From assembly GCA_963796955.1 (NCBI GenBank), contig CAWCNJ010000008.1, positions 320,001 to 384,000 of the forward strand: 64,000 nt of DNA. Reading direction: 5' to 3'. This DNA comes from Endomicrobiales bacterium (lineage in GTDB: Bacteria; Elusimicrobiota; Endomicrobiia; Endomicrobiales; JALOBY01). Positions 27,642 to 37,378 of the stretch are shown here, in pieces (within the stretch, counting starts at the first letter, position 1; each line of letters begins with the position of its first letter). A model generated the notes under the pieces. That model was not told where the DNA came from and searched no databases. It saw nothing but the letters and a program-made list of their open reading frames with translations. Position numbers and translations under genes: made by a program.

Positions 27642-28226
27642 ATGAACGGCTCAAACAAAAATCTTGTCGCCCTGCTGATACTGGATCTGATCATCCTGAT
27701 CATAGCGGTAGGTGTTGCAGGCTTCAGGTACATGACCCTTACCGGTTCCGCAGTAAATCTTGAATTAAGCAAACCGCTTTCCACGCTTAAGCAACTTTCC
27801 GCAGGATCCTCACAGCTGACAAAAAAACCGCCGAATGATGCGGACTATGGCTCCGAAAATAATCTTTCCGATCTGCCTGGCGTCAACGAGGTCCCTGAAG
27901 AACCTGCGAAGGCGGCGCCGCCCCAGCCCGCGGCAAAACCAAATACCGGCAGTAAAGAAGTGCGCCGCATCGGCTTTACCTTCTTCAATTCTAAAAGCAA
28001 GCGGGTCGAGGTTATCGGAGACTTTAATAATTGGACACCGACACCCATGCAAAAGATAAATGCCAAACAATGGACGCTGGCGGTACCCATCGCACCCGGA
28101 GAATACGCTTACAATTTTATCGTCGATGGACGTCCCATCACTGATCCTAACAACAACAAAGTTTGCGATGTTGGCAGAGGATTTACTAATTCGCTATTAC
28201 GAGTGAAGCCACTACAGGAGCGGTAA
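27642..28226 (+). CDS. Membrane-anchored CBM48/AMPK1_CBM-like (glycogen-binding-type) domain protein
   Basis: N-terminal TM, Pro/Ala linker, then KRVEVIGDFNNW.P.PM.....WTL.VPI.PGEY.Y.FIVDG....DPNN. Confidence 0.8.
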   Translation: MNGSNKNLVALLILDLIILIIAVGVAGFRYMTLTGSAVNLELSKPLSTLKQLSAGSSQLTKKPPNDADYGSENNLSDLPGVNEVPEEPAKAAPPQPAAKPNTGSKEVRRIGFTFFNSKSKRVEVIGDFNNWTPTPMQKINAKQWTLAVPIAPGEYAYNFIVDGRPITDPNNNKVCDVGRGFTNSLLRVKPLQER

Positions 28227-28243
28227 GCTACGATATTCAACTC

Positions 28244-29974
28244 ATGAAAATAACCTTCAGACCGATCATGTTGCTCGCTATCATAGGTACCATTTTCACC
28301 GGCGCCTGGGCGGCCGCGCTGTCAGAAGGCTCTCTCCAATCCGATATTAACTTCTATCGCAACACCGCTGCCAAAGAAAACCTAAACTCAAATGACCGCG
28401 CCTATATCCTCAATCGCATTAAAGCGAAATACGCCGGAAATCCTGTCGACCTTTCACCGCTGAACGATGAGCTTAAAAATATCTCAGCCCCGGTCGCCGC
28501 TTCAAAACCGCAAGCAAAACACGGCGCACTCCACGTGTCACGTCAGCAACCGTCCGCGGCTCACAGTGTGCAAAAACTGCTTTTAAGTGAAAAACCTGAA
28601 GGCTCCGTCATCACTATTACAGCTTCCGGCGTTGAACGCTCAAATTATTTCCTGCTTAAAGACCCGGACCCTGCCGTTCAGCCTAAAATAGTTTTAGACC
28701 TCTACGGCGTTACCGATGCGCTCTCAAAAGCCGCTCGTGACATACATCCGAAGAAAGGTTTGTTCTCACGGGTACATTCCGGACTGTTCTCGAAAGAACC
28801 CAAAATAGTAAGGGTAGTGGCCGACCTGCGTCGTGACTGCCCCTATACGGTGCAAAATACCGGGAATCACTGGTTGATAGAAGCAAAGAACAACAACGCT
28901 TCGTCACCCACAGCAGACACAACGGCCAAGCCTATGCCGGCCACGACTGATACGACCGCGCCTGTTGCAACCCCGGCAGCGGTCCCGACCGCGGTTGCTG
29001 TCATCCCGGCACAGCCGTCGACGATGGTGCCCGCGCTTTCCAACAATTCAGACACAAATCAGTCACCCCCAGCTGCACCCGACGACACCATTCAGACGCC
29101 TTCGATAAATCTGAAAGACTATAAGATAGAAGCCGGCGATCTGCTTTCAATTTCCGTGATACCGGCGGAAGAATTGACCAGGGAAGTGCTGGTGCAGCCG
29201 GACGGCAAAATACCCTTCCCTCTTATTGGTTCCATTCAGGCGCGCGGCCTCACGGCCCATGCCCTTGAGGAATCACTACAAAAGAATCTCGGACGTTTTG
29301 TATCAAACCCACGCATAACCGTCGCGGTCCGGCAGTTCAGCCGCCGACAGGTGTTCATAACCGGAGAAGTTCACAGCGTAGGCTCCTACAGCTTTAAAGA
29401 TAACATGCGTCTGATGGAGTTTATTTCATCAGTAGGCGGTTTCACAGAAAGCGCCGACCGGGCGCACGTAAAAGTTTACCGGGGTCCGGCGACTAAAAGA
29501 CAAACTCATATCGTTGATCTCGATGTTATCATTAAATCAGGAGATTTCTCGAAAGACTTCCTGCTGGAGCCGGGCGACATTATAGAAGTGCCTAAGGGCC
29601 AGGCCCGTATCGCGGTGCTTGGAGAGGTACGCACACCGGGCTATTATGATTACAAAGAGAACATGAAACTTGTGGAACTTATATCCCTTGCAGGAGGATA
29701 CACCGACAGCGCCAAAATTTCCAACGTAAGCGTTATCATATCAGATTCAGGAGTGTCTTCCTCATCCTCAACCTTAACCTCAACCTCGCAAAAAGTCGTC
29801 AAGGTCAACCTGGACAAAATACTTTCCGGCGGCCAGCGCGATGTCAGTGTAGCGAGCGGTGACACTATTTACATACCCAAAAAAGGCCTGGCAAGCGCCG
29901 GCTGGTTCGTCAACAATATTCTGCCCTGGCTCAGCATAGTAGCGTTAGCCTTTGCAATAGGACCGAGGCTCTAA
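28244..29974 (+). CDS. wza: Wza/OPX-family polysaccharide export protein with N-terminal AMIN-like domain and 2 SLBB domains
   Basis: Poly_export motif YKIEAGDLLSI...VQPDGKIPFPLIGSIQARGLT; SLBB motifs VFITGEV and AVLGEVRTPG...LAGG; AMIN-like KIVLDLYG...VRVVADL; no lipobox. Confidence 0.8.
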   Translation: MKITFRPIMLLAIIGTIFTGAWAAALSEGSLQSDINFYRNTAAKENLNSNDRAYILNRIKAKYAGNPVDLSPLNDELKNISAPVAASKPQAKHGALHVSRQQPSAAHSVQKLLLSEKPEGSVITITASGVERSNYFLLKDPDPAVQPKIVLDLYGVTDALSKAARDIHPKKGLFSRVHSGLFSKEPKIVRVVADLRRDCPYTVQNTGNHWLIEAKNNNASSPTADTTAKPMPATTDTTAPVATPAAVPTAVAVIPAQPSTMVPALSNNSDTNQSPPAAPDDTIQTPSINLKDYKIEAGDLLSISVIPAEELTREVLVQPDGKIPFPLIGSIQARGLTAHALEESLQKNLGRFVSNPRITVAVRQFSRRQVFITGEVHSVGSYSFKDNMRLMEFISSVGGFTESADRAHVKVYRGPATKRQTHIVDLDVIIKSGDFSKDFLLEPGDIIEVPKGQARIAVLGEVRTPGYYDYKENMKLVELISLAGGYTDSAKISNVSVIISDSGVSSSSSTLTSTSQKVVKVNLDKILSGGQRDVSVASGDTIYIPKKGLASAGWFVNNILPWLSIVALAFAIGPRL

Positions 29975-31866
29975 TGGCCCAATACGAACTAAACTTTCAT
30001 GACTATTGGCGGATAATCGCCAAGCGCAAGCTGATAATCGCGCTTACCTCTATTTCCGTCCTCGGTTCCGCGATAGTTTTCACAAACCTGCAAACCCCCG
30101 TATATCAGGCCTCAGCGACCGTTAAAGTTGAACCTCAGCTGGTCATCGAAGGTGTTTCCACACCAGACCAATCCGGCTGGGATTCCATGACTGCGCTTAA
30201 TACTGAAGTAAAAATAATTAAGAGCACACTTATGGCAACGAGAACCGCCGTTAAACTGGGATTAATAGAACAGAATACTACCGAGGAGCAGAAGTCGGCT
30301 TACATCAGCGCTATTCAGTCCAAAGTAAGTGCTGACCGGATCGGTGATACCAACCTGATAACGATATCCGCAGAGTCGTCAGAGGCCGCTGAAACCTCAA
30401 AACTGGCGAACGCCACAGCCCAGGTGTATATTGAAAAAGGCATAGAAGATCGCAACCGCCGGGCAAGTGATATGCGAAAATTCGTTGAAAGTCAGCTTAA
30501 CGATGCCGAGAAAAAGCTTAAAAAATCCGAAGACGCGATGCGCGAATATACAGAACGAAGCGGAGCCAAAGGTATAGGCGGATATCTCACACAACATTTA
30601 ATGGAACTGGAAACCAGAAAAAGCGAACTTCAGAAAAAATTCACCGATCAACACCCGGAAGTGCTTAAACTTAAAGAGCAGATAAGCGCTACAGAAGGCC
30701 AGATGCGCGAGTTACCGGCGGAAGAATTGGAATATGCGCGCCTTTCCCGTGAAGTAAAGATCAATGAAGAGCTCTACACCTTGTTAGCGAAGCGCTTCAA
30801 GGAAGCTCAGATCACTGAAGCCGACCGGGTTCAATCAGCATTCATCGTTACGCCTGCTGTAGAACCACGAGCACCGGTAAAACCGAACCGCTCCGCGAAC
30901 ATTGCCGTCGGTGCATTTATCGGTGTCTTCCTGGGCTTCGTTCTTGCCCTTGTGATAGAGAATCTTGACACCTCAATAGGCACCATTGAAGACATGGAGA
31001 AATACCTTAACCTTCCCGTGCTTGGCGTTATTCCTCACGTCGACCTGGATGCAAAACAGAAAGCCTGGCTGGCAAAATCAAACGCGCGAGAACAACGGCT
31101 TAACCTTCTGCGCTCAAAACTCATAGTGTTTCATCCTTCCAAATCACCATTTTCTGAGGCATATAACACACTGCGCACGAACATGAAGTTCACCGCGCTT
31201 AAAGAAGGGAAAAAGATATTGTCATTTACCAGCGCCGGCATCTCTGAAGGCAAAACGATCACCACAGCGAATTTCGCTATCACCGCAGCCCAGAGCGGCA
31301 TGAAAACATTGCTGGTAGAAACCGACCTGCGCAGGCCTTCTCTGCACATGATATTCGGCCTGAACCGGGAGCCGGGCTTCTCCGACGCCATCATGGGCAC
31401 CAAGAAATGGTACGACGTGGTGCGCCGTACCACGGACTTTCTTCTTTCGGACCTTGGTGCCGAAAAGATCCTTTCCTACCCGGGCATCGAGAATCTGAAC
31501 CTGATGACATCCGGCCCAATGGTATCAAACCCCATGGACCTGCTGAACTCCGCAGAATTCGGAAAACTGTTGAAAGAATTCTCAGCCAACTATGACCTGG
31601 TGGTGCTGGACTGCCCTCCCATACTTATGTTCGCTGACGCCATGATAACCGGTACCCATACTGATGGAACAATAATCGTTTATCAGGTTGGACGCATGGC
31701 AAGGTATGCACTTAAGCGTGCTAAAGACCAGCTGCTGAATGTTAAAGTGCCGGTTCAGGGCGTCATACTTAACAATGTACGCTCTGCAGAGATCAGCAGC
31801 GATTACGGCTATGGGTATAACTATTCGTACAAATATTACGCCAAGGACAATGATATTCCCAAATAG
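29974..31866 (+). CDS. wzc: Wzc-type polysaccharide co-polymerase/tyrosine autokinase
   Basis: Wzz-like N-terminal TM, coiled coil with HPEV motif, second TM, SEAYNTLRTN, Walker A SEGKT, ETDLRRP, VVLDCPP, C-terminal Tyr cluster DYGYGYNYSYKYY. Confidence 0.9.
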   Translation: MAQYELNFHDYWRIIAKRKLIIALTSISVLGSAIVFTNLQTPVYQASATVKVEPQLVIEGVSTPDQSGWDSMTALNTEVKIIKSTLMATRTAVKLGLIEQNTTEEQKSAYISAIQSKVSADRIGDTNLITISAESSEAAETSKLANATAQVYIEKGIEDRNRRASDMRKFVESQLNDAEKKLKKSEDAMREYTERSGAKGIGGYLTQHLMELETRKSELQKKFTDQHPEVLKLKEQISATEGQMRELPAEELEYARLSREVKINEELYTLLAKRFKEAQITEADRVQSAFIVTPAVEPRAPVKPNRSANIAVGAFIGVFLGFVLALVIENLDTSIGTIEDMEKYLNLPVLGVIPHVDLDAKQKAWLAKSNAREQRLNLLRSKLIVFHPSKSPFSEAYNTLRTNMKFTALKEGKKILSFTSAGISEGKTITTANFAITAAQSGMKTLLVETDLRRPSLHMIFGLNREPGFSDAIMGTKKWYDVVRRTTDFLLSDLGAEKILSYPGIENLNLMTSGPMVSNPMDLLNSAEFGKLLKEFSANYDLVVLDCPPILMFADAMITGTHTDGTIIVYQVGRMARYALKRAKDQLLNVKVPVQGVILNNVRSAEISSDYGYGYNYSYKYYAKDNDIPK

Positions 31867-31880
31867 CCTGACAACAAACT

Positions 31881-33269
31881 ATGAGACAGTTTGCCTGGCC
31901 CACCCTGATCGCAGTGCCTCTCATTATATTTATGGCCTACTTCATAGGCCGTTCTATTACGACATCTCCCTTCATAATAATAACGATCATATCAGCTATT
32001 TTCGTCGCGCTACTTACGTTCCAGAACCCTGAGAACGGAATTATCTTCCTGGTTTATTCCATGCTGCTTTCACCAGAAATCCCTGTCGGCAATGTTCCAG
32101 GCAGAGCAGTGGCCATCCGGGTAGACGATGTACTCATCATTATAGTTTTTGTTGCATGGCTAGCTCATATAAGCGTTCAAAAAGACTGGAAGGGATTCCT
32201 TATCACCCCTTTCGACAAACTAATGCTGGCCCTCTGTGGCATATATATTCTCAGCACAAGTTGGGGAATGCTCGAGGGGCGCATTAACCCCGTGAAAGGC
32301 ATGTTTTACGCGTTAAAATATATCGAATATTTTATACTTTACTGGATCACTGTAAATACGCTCATTACTGAGACCGCTATCTACAGGTCTGTCCGTGCCG
32401 GCTTAATTACCTGCCTTATTGTAACGATTTACGCCTGGTCCATGATGCCAACTCACGCCAGGGTTTCCGCCCCGTTTGACAAGGTGGGCGGAGAGCCGGC
32501 ATCCCTGGGCGGCTATTATCTGGTAATATTTTCTGTCCTTATCGCAGCTATTTTGCACGCAGAGACAACATCTTCGGCGCTAATACCTGCCGCGGTTCTG
32601 CTTTTCAGCTTCACGCCTTTCGTGCGCACCCTTTCAAGGGCATCCTATTTAGCTTTGATCCCGCTGACTTTGTCAATTTTGGTATTCACCAAAAAGAAAA
32701 AGATAATTTACGGGCTCTCTTTGATCGGCAGTATAATATTTATACCTCTGATAGCCCCATCGCTCGTTCACGATGCAATGGCCCGCGTAAATCAGACTTT
32801 TACAGCAGGCTCCTCGGCACAGTATAAAGCCGTTGGAAGCATAACAGACCAGTCAGCTCTGGAGCGCATTACCAGCTGGAAAACGATCGTAACAGAAAAA
32901 TTGATGCGTACCCCATTCACATTCTTGTTCGGCAACGGCATTACAGGGGTCGGCTTTATTGACGGCCAATTTTTTTCGACCCTCGGAGAAACAGGGGTTA
33001 TGGGCATAATTTTATTTTACGGGCTGATAATTAAAATTTTTCTATTCGCTAAAAAAGTTTACCACGAAAGCTCACGTCCGCTTGCACAGAGTTTATCCCT
33101 TGGGCTTATGACAGCAGTGCCTGCGGTGCTGGCACAGTCTTTTACCACAAACTCATTTATTATTGTACGCATTATGGAGCCGTTCTGGTTCCTTACGGGT
33201 TTGGTGGTCGCGATCCACACTCTTTCAGAACGACAGACAGACGTACCACTGGAGAGCGGCGCACAATGA
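31881..33269 (+). CDS. Wzy/O-antigen ligase family membrane protein
   Basis: ~11-12 TM helices; TLSRASY, S..ER...W, FLFGNG, DGQF..TLGETG..G (Wzy_C-like); lies between wzc and the flippase. Confidence 0.8.
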   Translation: MRQFAWPTLIAVPLIIFMAYFIGRSITTSPFIIITIISAIFVALLTFQNPENGIIFLVYSMLLSPEIPVGNVPGRAVAIRVDDVLIIIVFVAWLAHISVQKDWKGFLITPFDKLMLALCGIYILSTSWGMLEGRINPVKGMFYALKYIEYFILYWITVNTLITETAIYRSVRAGLITCLIVTIYAWSMMPTHARVSAPFDKVGGEPASLGGYYLVIFSVLIAAILHAETTSSALIPAAVLLFSFTPFVRTLSRASYLALIPLTLSILVFTKKKKIIYGLSLIGSIIFIPLIAPSLVHDAMARVNQTFTAGSSAQYKAVGSITDQSALERITSWKTIVTEKLMRTPFTFLFGNGITGVGFIDGQFFSTLGETGVMGIILFYGLIIKIFLFAKKVYHESSRPLAQSLSLGLMTAVPAVLAQSFTTNSFIIVRIMEPFWFLTGLVVAIHTLSERQTDVPLESGAQ

Positions 33270-34807
33270 CAAAACATTCTGTGTCGCATGGGATATTAAA
33301 GAACGTCACCTGGAATTTTATCGGCAGCGGGTGGCTGATATTTTTAATGTTTTTCTCTACACCATACATCGTGCGCTCGTTCAATGTTGACCTTTATGGT
33401 ATATACACGCTTGTCTTCGTAGTTATCAGTTACCTTTCATTCCTCCAGTTTGGTCTCACGCAGGCCACTATCAGGGCTATCGCTCAGCACCTTGCGTTAA
33501 ACGATACCGAGAACGCCAGGATATCCTTCTGGGCCTGTATGCTTTTTTATATATGCATTGGCCTATTTGGCATGACGGCCATCATGCTTTTTGCGCGATA
33601 TATTCTGGTGACGTTCGCAAAGATCGCCCCGCAATACCAGTCTATCGCGATCGTATCCCTTCGTATAAGCTCTACGGCATTCCTTTTCGGCGTTACGACA
33701 GGCGCCCTCACCGGCGTGCTGCGGGCGCTGGGACGCTTTGATATCGCGAACAGGATATCTATCGGCACAGGTACAGCCCAGATCGGCGGTACAGTAGCGT
33801 TATTAACTTTCCATTATTCCCTGATCCATATAGTCTCTTTTGTCGCACTGGTACAACTCAGCGGTCTGCTGGTCTACTCCTATGAGGTGTACAAACTGGT
33901 TCCCTGGATATTGCACCCCTCCTGGGACAAAAACGCTTTCGTAAAACTCTTCAAATTCGGCGGTTTTGTTTCAATCATATCCATAACCGATCCTATTATG
34001 ATAAACAGTGACAAGATCTTTATTACATCCTTACGCTCTGTAGCGAGCCTGACTTACTACTCTATACCTTATACGATCGTTTCACGCCTTACTATAATAC
34101 CTTCTGCGTTCATGGCTGTCATGTTCCCGATGTTCAGCAAAATGAACCAGATCAAAGATACGAACGCCAACCGCGAATTATATATTCGGAGCATACTGTA
34201 CATGATGTATATATATCTGATAATGATGTTTTTTATTATCACTTTCGGTAAGCAGTTTCTCAACCTCTGGATCGGAGAGGATTTCGCGGTGCGCTCCTCA
34301 ATTCCTCTATATATTTTAACTATCTCGGGCTTTATAAGCACATCGGCAACACCCTCATCAACCCTGCTGCTTGCAGTCGGAAGACCTCACTACCTCGCGT
34401 TACTAAGCGTCATTGAAACAATAATATATGTGCCTGTAAGCTATATGTTGATCCACAAATATGGTAGCACCGGTGCGGCTTCGGCATTGCTACTGTGTAC
34501 CTTTCTTTACGCCACCGCCTTGCAACTCACTACGCTGAAAGTTGTGGGGATCGGACGTTTTACGTTCTTAAGGAAGATCTTTATACCCATGGTGCTCCCA
34601 TTAATTACCGGCGGAACGTTGTTCTTTATACTTCACCGTCTGCATATGAAGTTGACTGCACCCCTCAACCTGCTCAGCCTTATGATCATTTTTATCATTT
34701 ATGGAGCGGTTGTCTGGCACACCGGACTCGATGAATTCGCCAGATGCCGCCTGCGCGAATTTATAGCGTCTATTTTTTCACGTTCGAAGGAGGACAGTCC
34801 TTCATGA
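33266..34807 (+). CDS. wzx: Wzx-type oligosaccharide flippase
   Basis: KNVTWN...TPYIVR...YGIY, FGL..A.IR, LFKFG, DKIFI, MFPMFS, LWIGEDF motifs; 12-14 TM helices. Confidence 0.85.
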   Translation: MTKHSVSHGILKNVTWNFIGSGWLIFLMFFSTPYIVRSFNVDLYGIYTLVFVVISYLSFLQFGLTQATIRAIAQHLALNDTENARISFWACMLFYICIGLFGMTAIMLFARYILVTFAKIAPQYQSIAIVSLRISSTAFLFGVTTGALTGVLRALGRFDIANRISIGTGTAQIGGTVALLTFHYSLIHIVSFVALVQLSGLLVYSYEVYKLVPWILHPSWDKNAFVKLFKFGGFVSIISITDPIMINSDKIFITSLRSVASLTYYSIPYTIVSRLTIIPSAFMAVMFPMFSKMNQIKDTNANRELYIRSILYMMYIYLIMMFFIITFGKQFLNLWIGEDFAVRSSIPLYILTISGFISTSATPSSTLLLAVGRPHYLALLSVIETIIYVPVSYMLIHKYGSTGAASALLLCTFLYATALQLTTLKVVGIGRFTFLRKIFIPMVLPLITGGTLFFILHRLHMKLTAPLNLLSLMIIFIIYGAVVWHTGLDEFARCRLREFIASIFSRSKEDSPS

Positions 34808-35733
34808 TAACTAAAACACCTTCCGTCGGAGCGGTCATAGTAACCTACAAAAACACTGTCAACGTATTGAGTCTTGTAAATGATCTTGTTAAACAGACCG
34901 TGCCGCCGCGAGAAATATTCATTATCGATAACGGCGGCGGAAAATGCACACCGGCTTTCGATGGATTCCCCGGAGTACGTTACATCACGATGGTGGAAAA
35001 CACAGGAAGCGCAGGCGGCTACAGCGAAGGGCTTCGTCTGGCCAGCGCCGATAACGATTACGTATTCACGCTTGACGACGATCTGAGACTGATGCCCGAC
35101 GCGATCGGAAAACTGCTTGCAGGATTTACCGCCGCAAAAGGACACACCCGCGCCGCTATTTTAGCCGGACGCGAACGTACTTTTGATACCGGATCATTTA
35201 ACGACCTGTCCCATAAAACTGCGATGGCTGATGCTGAAACTCCCAAATATACGTTCCCAGAGTTGAAAAGATATATGAATTTCGCCTGGAGGGGAAAGTT
35301 ATTTTTGTCAGAGGCCATCAAAACGGCCGGCCTGCCGCGTATAGACTACTTCCTCTACGGCGACGATGCTGAATACTGTTTTCGCCTCGCTAATTTCGGG
35401 TATACCTTTTATCTCATTCCAGATCTGATCTTTTTTGACAGCCGTAAATCGAACAAGTCACAACTATCCCTTTTCCTTACGTCAATTCCAGTATATCGGG
35501 ACTATTTTCGCACTTATTACGCCTTACGAAACGACCTGAACATACACCTCGAATATAAACAATATCCTAAAGTCGTCATAGTCATCGGACATTCTATAAA
35601 AATGATTATCGGACTACTGCTTAATCCTGCATCGTGCAGTAAACGTTACCTGATGGCGATTGCAGCAGGTTTGCTGGACGGTTTCAGATATCGTCTCGGT
35701 AAAAATGCGCGCTATCTGCCGGAGAACAAATGA
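34804..35733 (+). CDS. GT2 glycosyltransferase (rhamnosyltransferase-like)
   Basis: Start reassigned to ATG 34804 (AGGAGG RBS, ATGA overlap with wzx); AVIVTY, IIDNG, NTGSAGG, LDDD, YFLYGDDAEYC.R, YYALRN. Confidence 0.85.
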   Translation: MITKTPSVGAVIVTYKNTVNVLSLVNDLVKQTVPPREIFIIDNGGGKCTPAFDGFPGVRYITMVENTGSAGGYSEGLRLASADNDYVFTLDDDLRLMPDAIGKLLAGFTAAKGHTRAAILAGRERTFDTGSFNDLSHKTAMADAETPKYTFPELKRYMNFAWRGKLFLSEAIKTAGLPRIDYFLYGDDAEYCFRLANFGYTFYLIPDLIFFDSRKSNKSQLSLFLTSIPVYRDYFRTYYALRNDLNIHLEYKQYPKVVIVIGHSIKMIIGLLLNPASCSKRYLMAIAAGLLDGFRYRLGKNARYLPENK

Positions 35734-36752
35734 AGATCCTTTTTGCAGGGTGGCATAATCCTAATTTCAGATCTATAACTGAGTACTGCGAGAGCGCGCT
35801 AGTGGATCTCGGGCACGATGTTATACCTTTTGAATACCGGCAGTACATGGCCCCGGGGGTATTGAGAAATGCGCTGCCGTTCGTTGATGCCCTCGATAAC
35901 GCAAGGATAAACACAAAGCTCATAAACACGGTAAAAAAGATCAAGCCCGCACTTGTATTTGTGCTCCAGGGCGCCAACATTCTGCCGGGTACGATCGACC
36001 ATATCCGCGAGACGTACAAAATCCCCTGTGTAAATTGGTTCATAGACTATCCTCCCAATTTCGATATTTCGCAGAAAATCGTTAAACACTATGACCACTT
36101 TTTTGTAAGCACCTCTCACGCGACGTTAAGACATCATAATCTCGGTAATACCGGTGTCAAAACACTCGATTTTGCCTGCGACCCAGACGTTCATAAAAAG
36201 ATATCGTTATCGGAAGCGGAAGTAAGCAAATACGGGAATGATGTCGTATTTGTAGGTTCTTACTATCCCGAAAGGGAAAACGCGCTTTCGGCGCTTGGCG
36301 GCTTTGATGTTGGTTTATGGGGCCCTGCCTGGGAGAAACTTTCATCAAACCCTACCGTAAGAAGCTTCATTAAGGGCGGACAGACCACACCCGAAGAGTG
36401 GGTAAAGATCTACAACGCTTCAAAGATAGTGCTGAACATTAATTACGGCTTCGGCAGGCTTCCTGAGCTGGACTGCAACCCGGGCAGCACTAAACTTTTC
36501 GAGATCCAGGCCTGCGGGGCCTTCGAGCTTGTCGACAATAAAAAGGCCATAACCGATAAATTCGAGAACGGCAGGCACCTGGTAACATTTAACGACAACG
36601 CGGAGCTCAAACAAATGATACGGTATTACCTTGACCACGCCGATGACAGGGAAAGAATCGCGGACAACGGCAGAAAGGAGGTTTTGGCAAAACACACCTA
36701 CAAAGACCGGATGAAGCAGATGCTTTCCACGGTTTTTCCGTGTAATGCCTGA
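35730..36752 (+). CDS. CgeB-like glycosyltransferase (Glyco_trans_1_2)
   Basis: WFID.P, DVVFVGS...RE, YNASKIVLN, KLFEIQACGAF, HTY.DR motifs. Confidence 0.85.
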   Translation: MKILFAGWHNPNFRSITEYCESALVDLGHDVIPFEYRQYMAPGVLRNALPFVDALDNARINTKLINTVKKIKPALVFVLQGANILPGTIDHIRETYKIPCVNWFIDYPPNFDISQKIVKHYDHFFVSTSHATLRHHNLGNTGVKTLDFACDPDVHKKISLSEAEVSKYGNDVVFVGSYYPERENALSALGGFDVGLWGPAWEKLSSNPTVRSFIKGGQTTPEEWVKIYNASKIVLNINYGFGRLPELDCNPGSTKLFEIQACGAFELVDNKKAITDKFENGRHLVTFNDNAELKQMIRYYLDHADDRERIADNGRKEVLAKHTYKDRMKQMLSTVFPCNA

Positions 36753-36766
36753 TTTGCCAATTAACT

Positions 36767-37378
36767 ATGAAAAAAGAACAAAGTGCTTTTTATAAAACTT
36801 TTATTAAACATCCAGCTAAAAGACTCATCTGCTGGCTGCGCGGTATAAAAGCAGGGGAAAATACGTTCATATCATTTAAAGCGGGACTAAAAAGGCCATC
36901 GAATATGACTTTAGGGTCGGATGTGGTAGTGGAGAATTATGCACGTCTGGAATGCGTTAACAAATCATCACATTTATCTATTGGCAATGGAACCTTCATA
37001 AGGCCATACGCCTATTTAAAAGCGGACAACGGCACCGTGCGGATAGGGACAAATTGCGCGTTTAACGATTTCTGTGTATTGAATGGGGTCGGTGATATCA
37101 CGATTGGAAATGATGTGCACATAGCTTCCCATACCGTTATCGTGTCCATGAACCATGTATACGCCGACCCCGGCAAATGCATTTTTGATCAGGGAACCAG
37201 CCACAAGGGTATCTCAATCGGCAACGATGTCTGGATAGGATCTTCGGTGGTCATACTGGATGGCGCCAAGATAGGCAGCGGCTCTGTCATCGGCGCAGGT
37301 TCCGTTGTGACAAAGGAAATACCGCCGTTCTCGATTGCCGTCGGCGTTCCGGCAAAGGTAATTAAACAACGTAAATGA
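36767..37378 (+). CDS. Hexapeptide-repeat O-acetyltransferase
   Basis: Left-handed beta-helix repeats; NH.Y motif; IGNDVWIG...IGAGSVVTK.IPP.SIAVGVPAKVIK.R. Confidence 0.9.
   Translation: MKKEQSAFYKTFIKHPAKRLICWLRGIKAGENTFISFKAGLKRPSNMTLGSDVVVENYARLECVNKSSHLSIGNGTFIRPYAYLKADNGTVRIGTNCAFNDFCVLNGVGDITIGNDVHIASHTVIVSMNHVYADPGKCIFDQGTSHKGISIGNDVWIGSSVVILDGAKIGSGSVIGAGSVVTKEIPPFSIAVGVPAKVIKQRK

Noticed and set aside
29740..29790. Ser/Thr-rich insert SDSGVSSSSSTLTSTS in Wza as a variable repeat
   Set aside because: Mixed codons and no perfect DNA repeat; an ordinary low-complexity loop.
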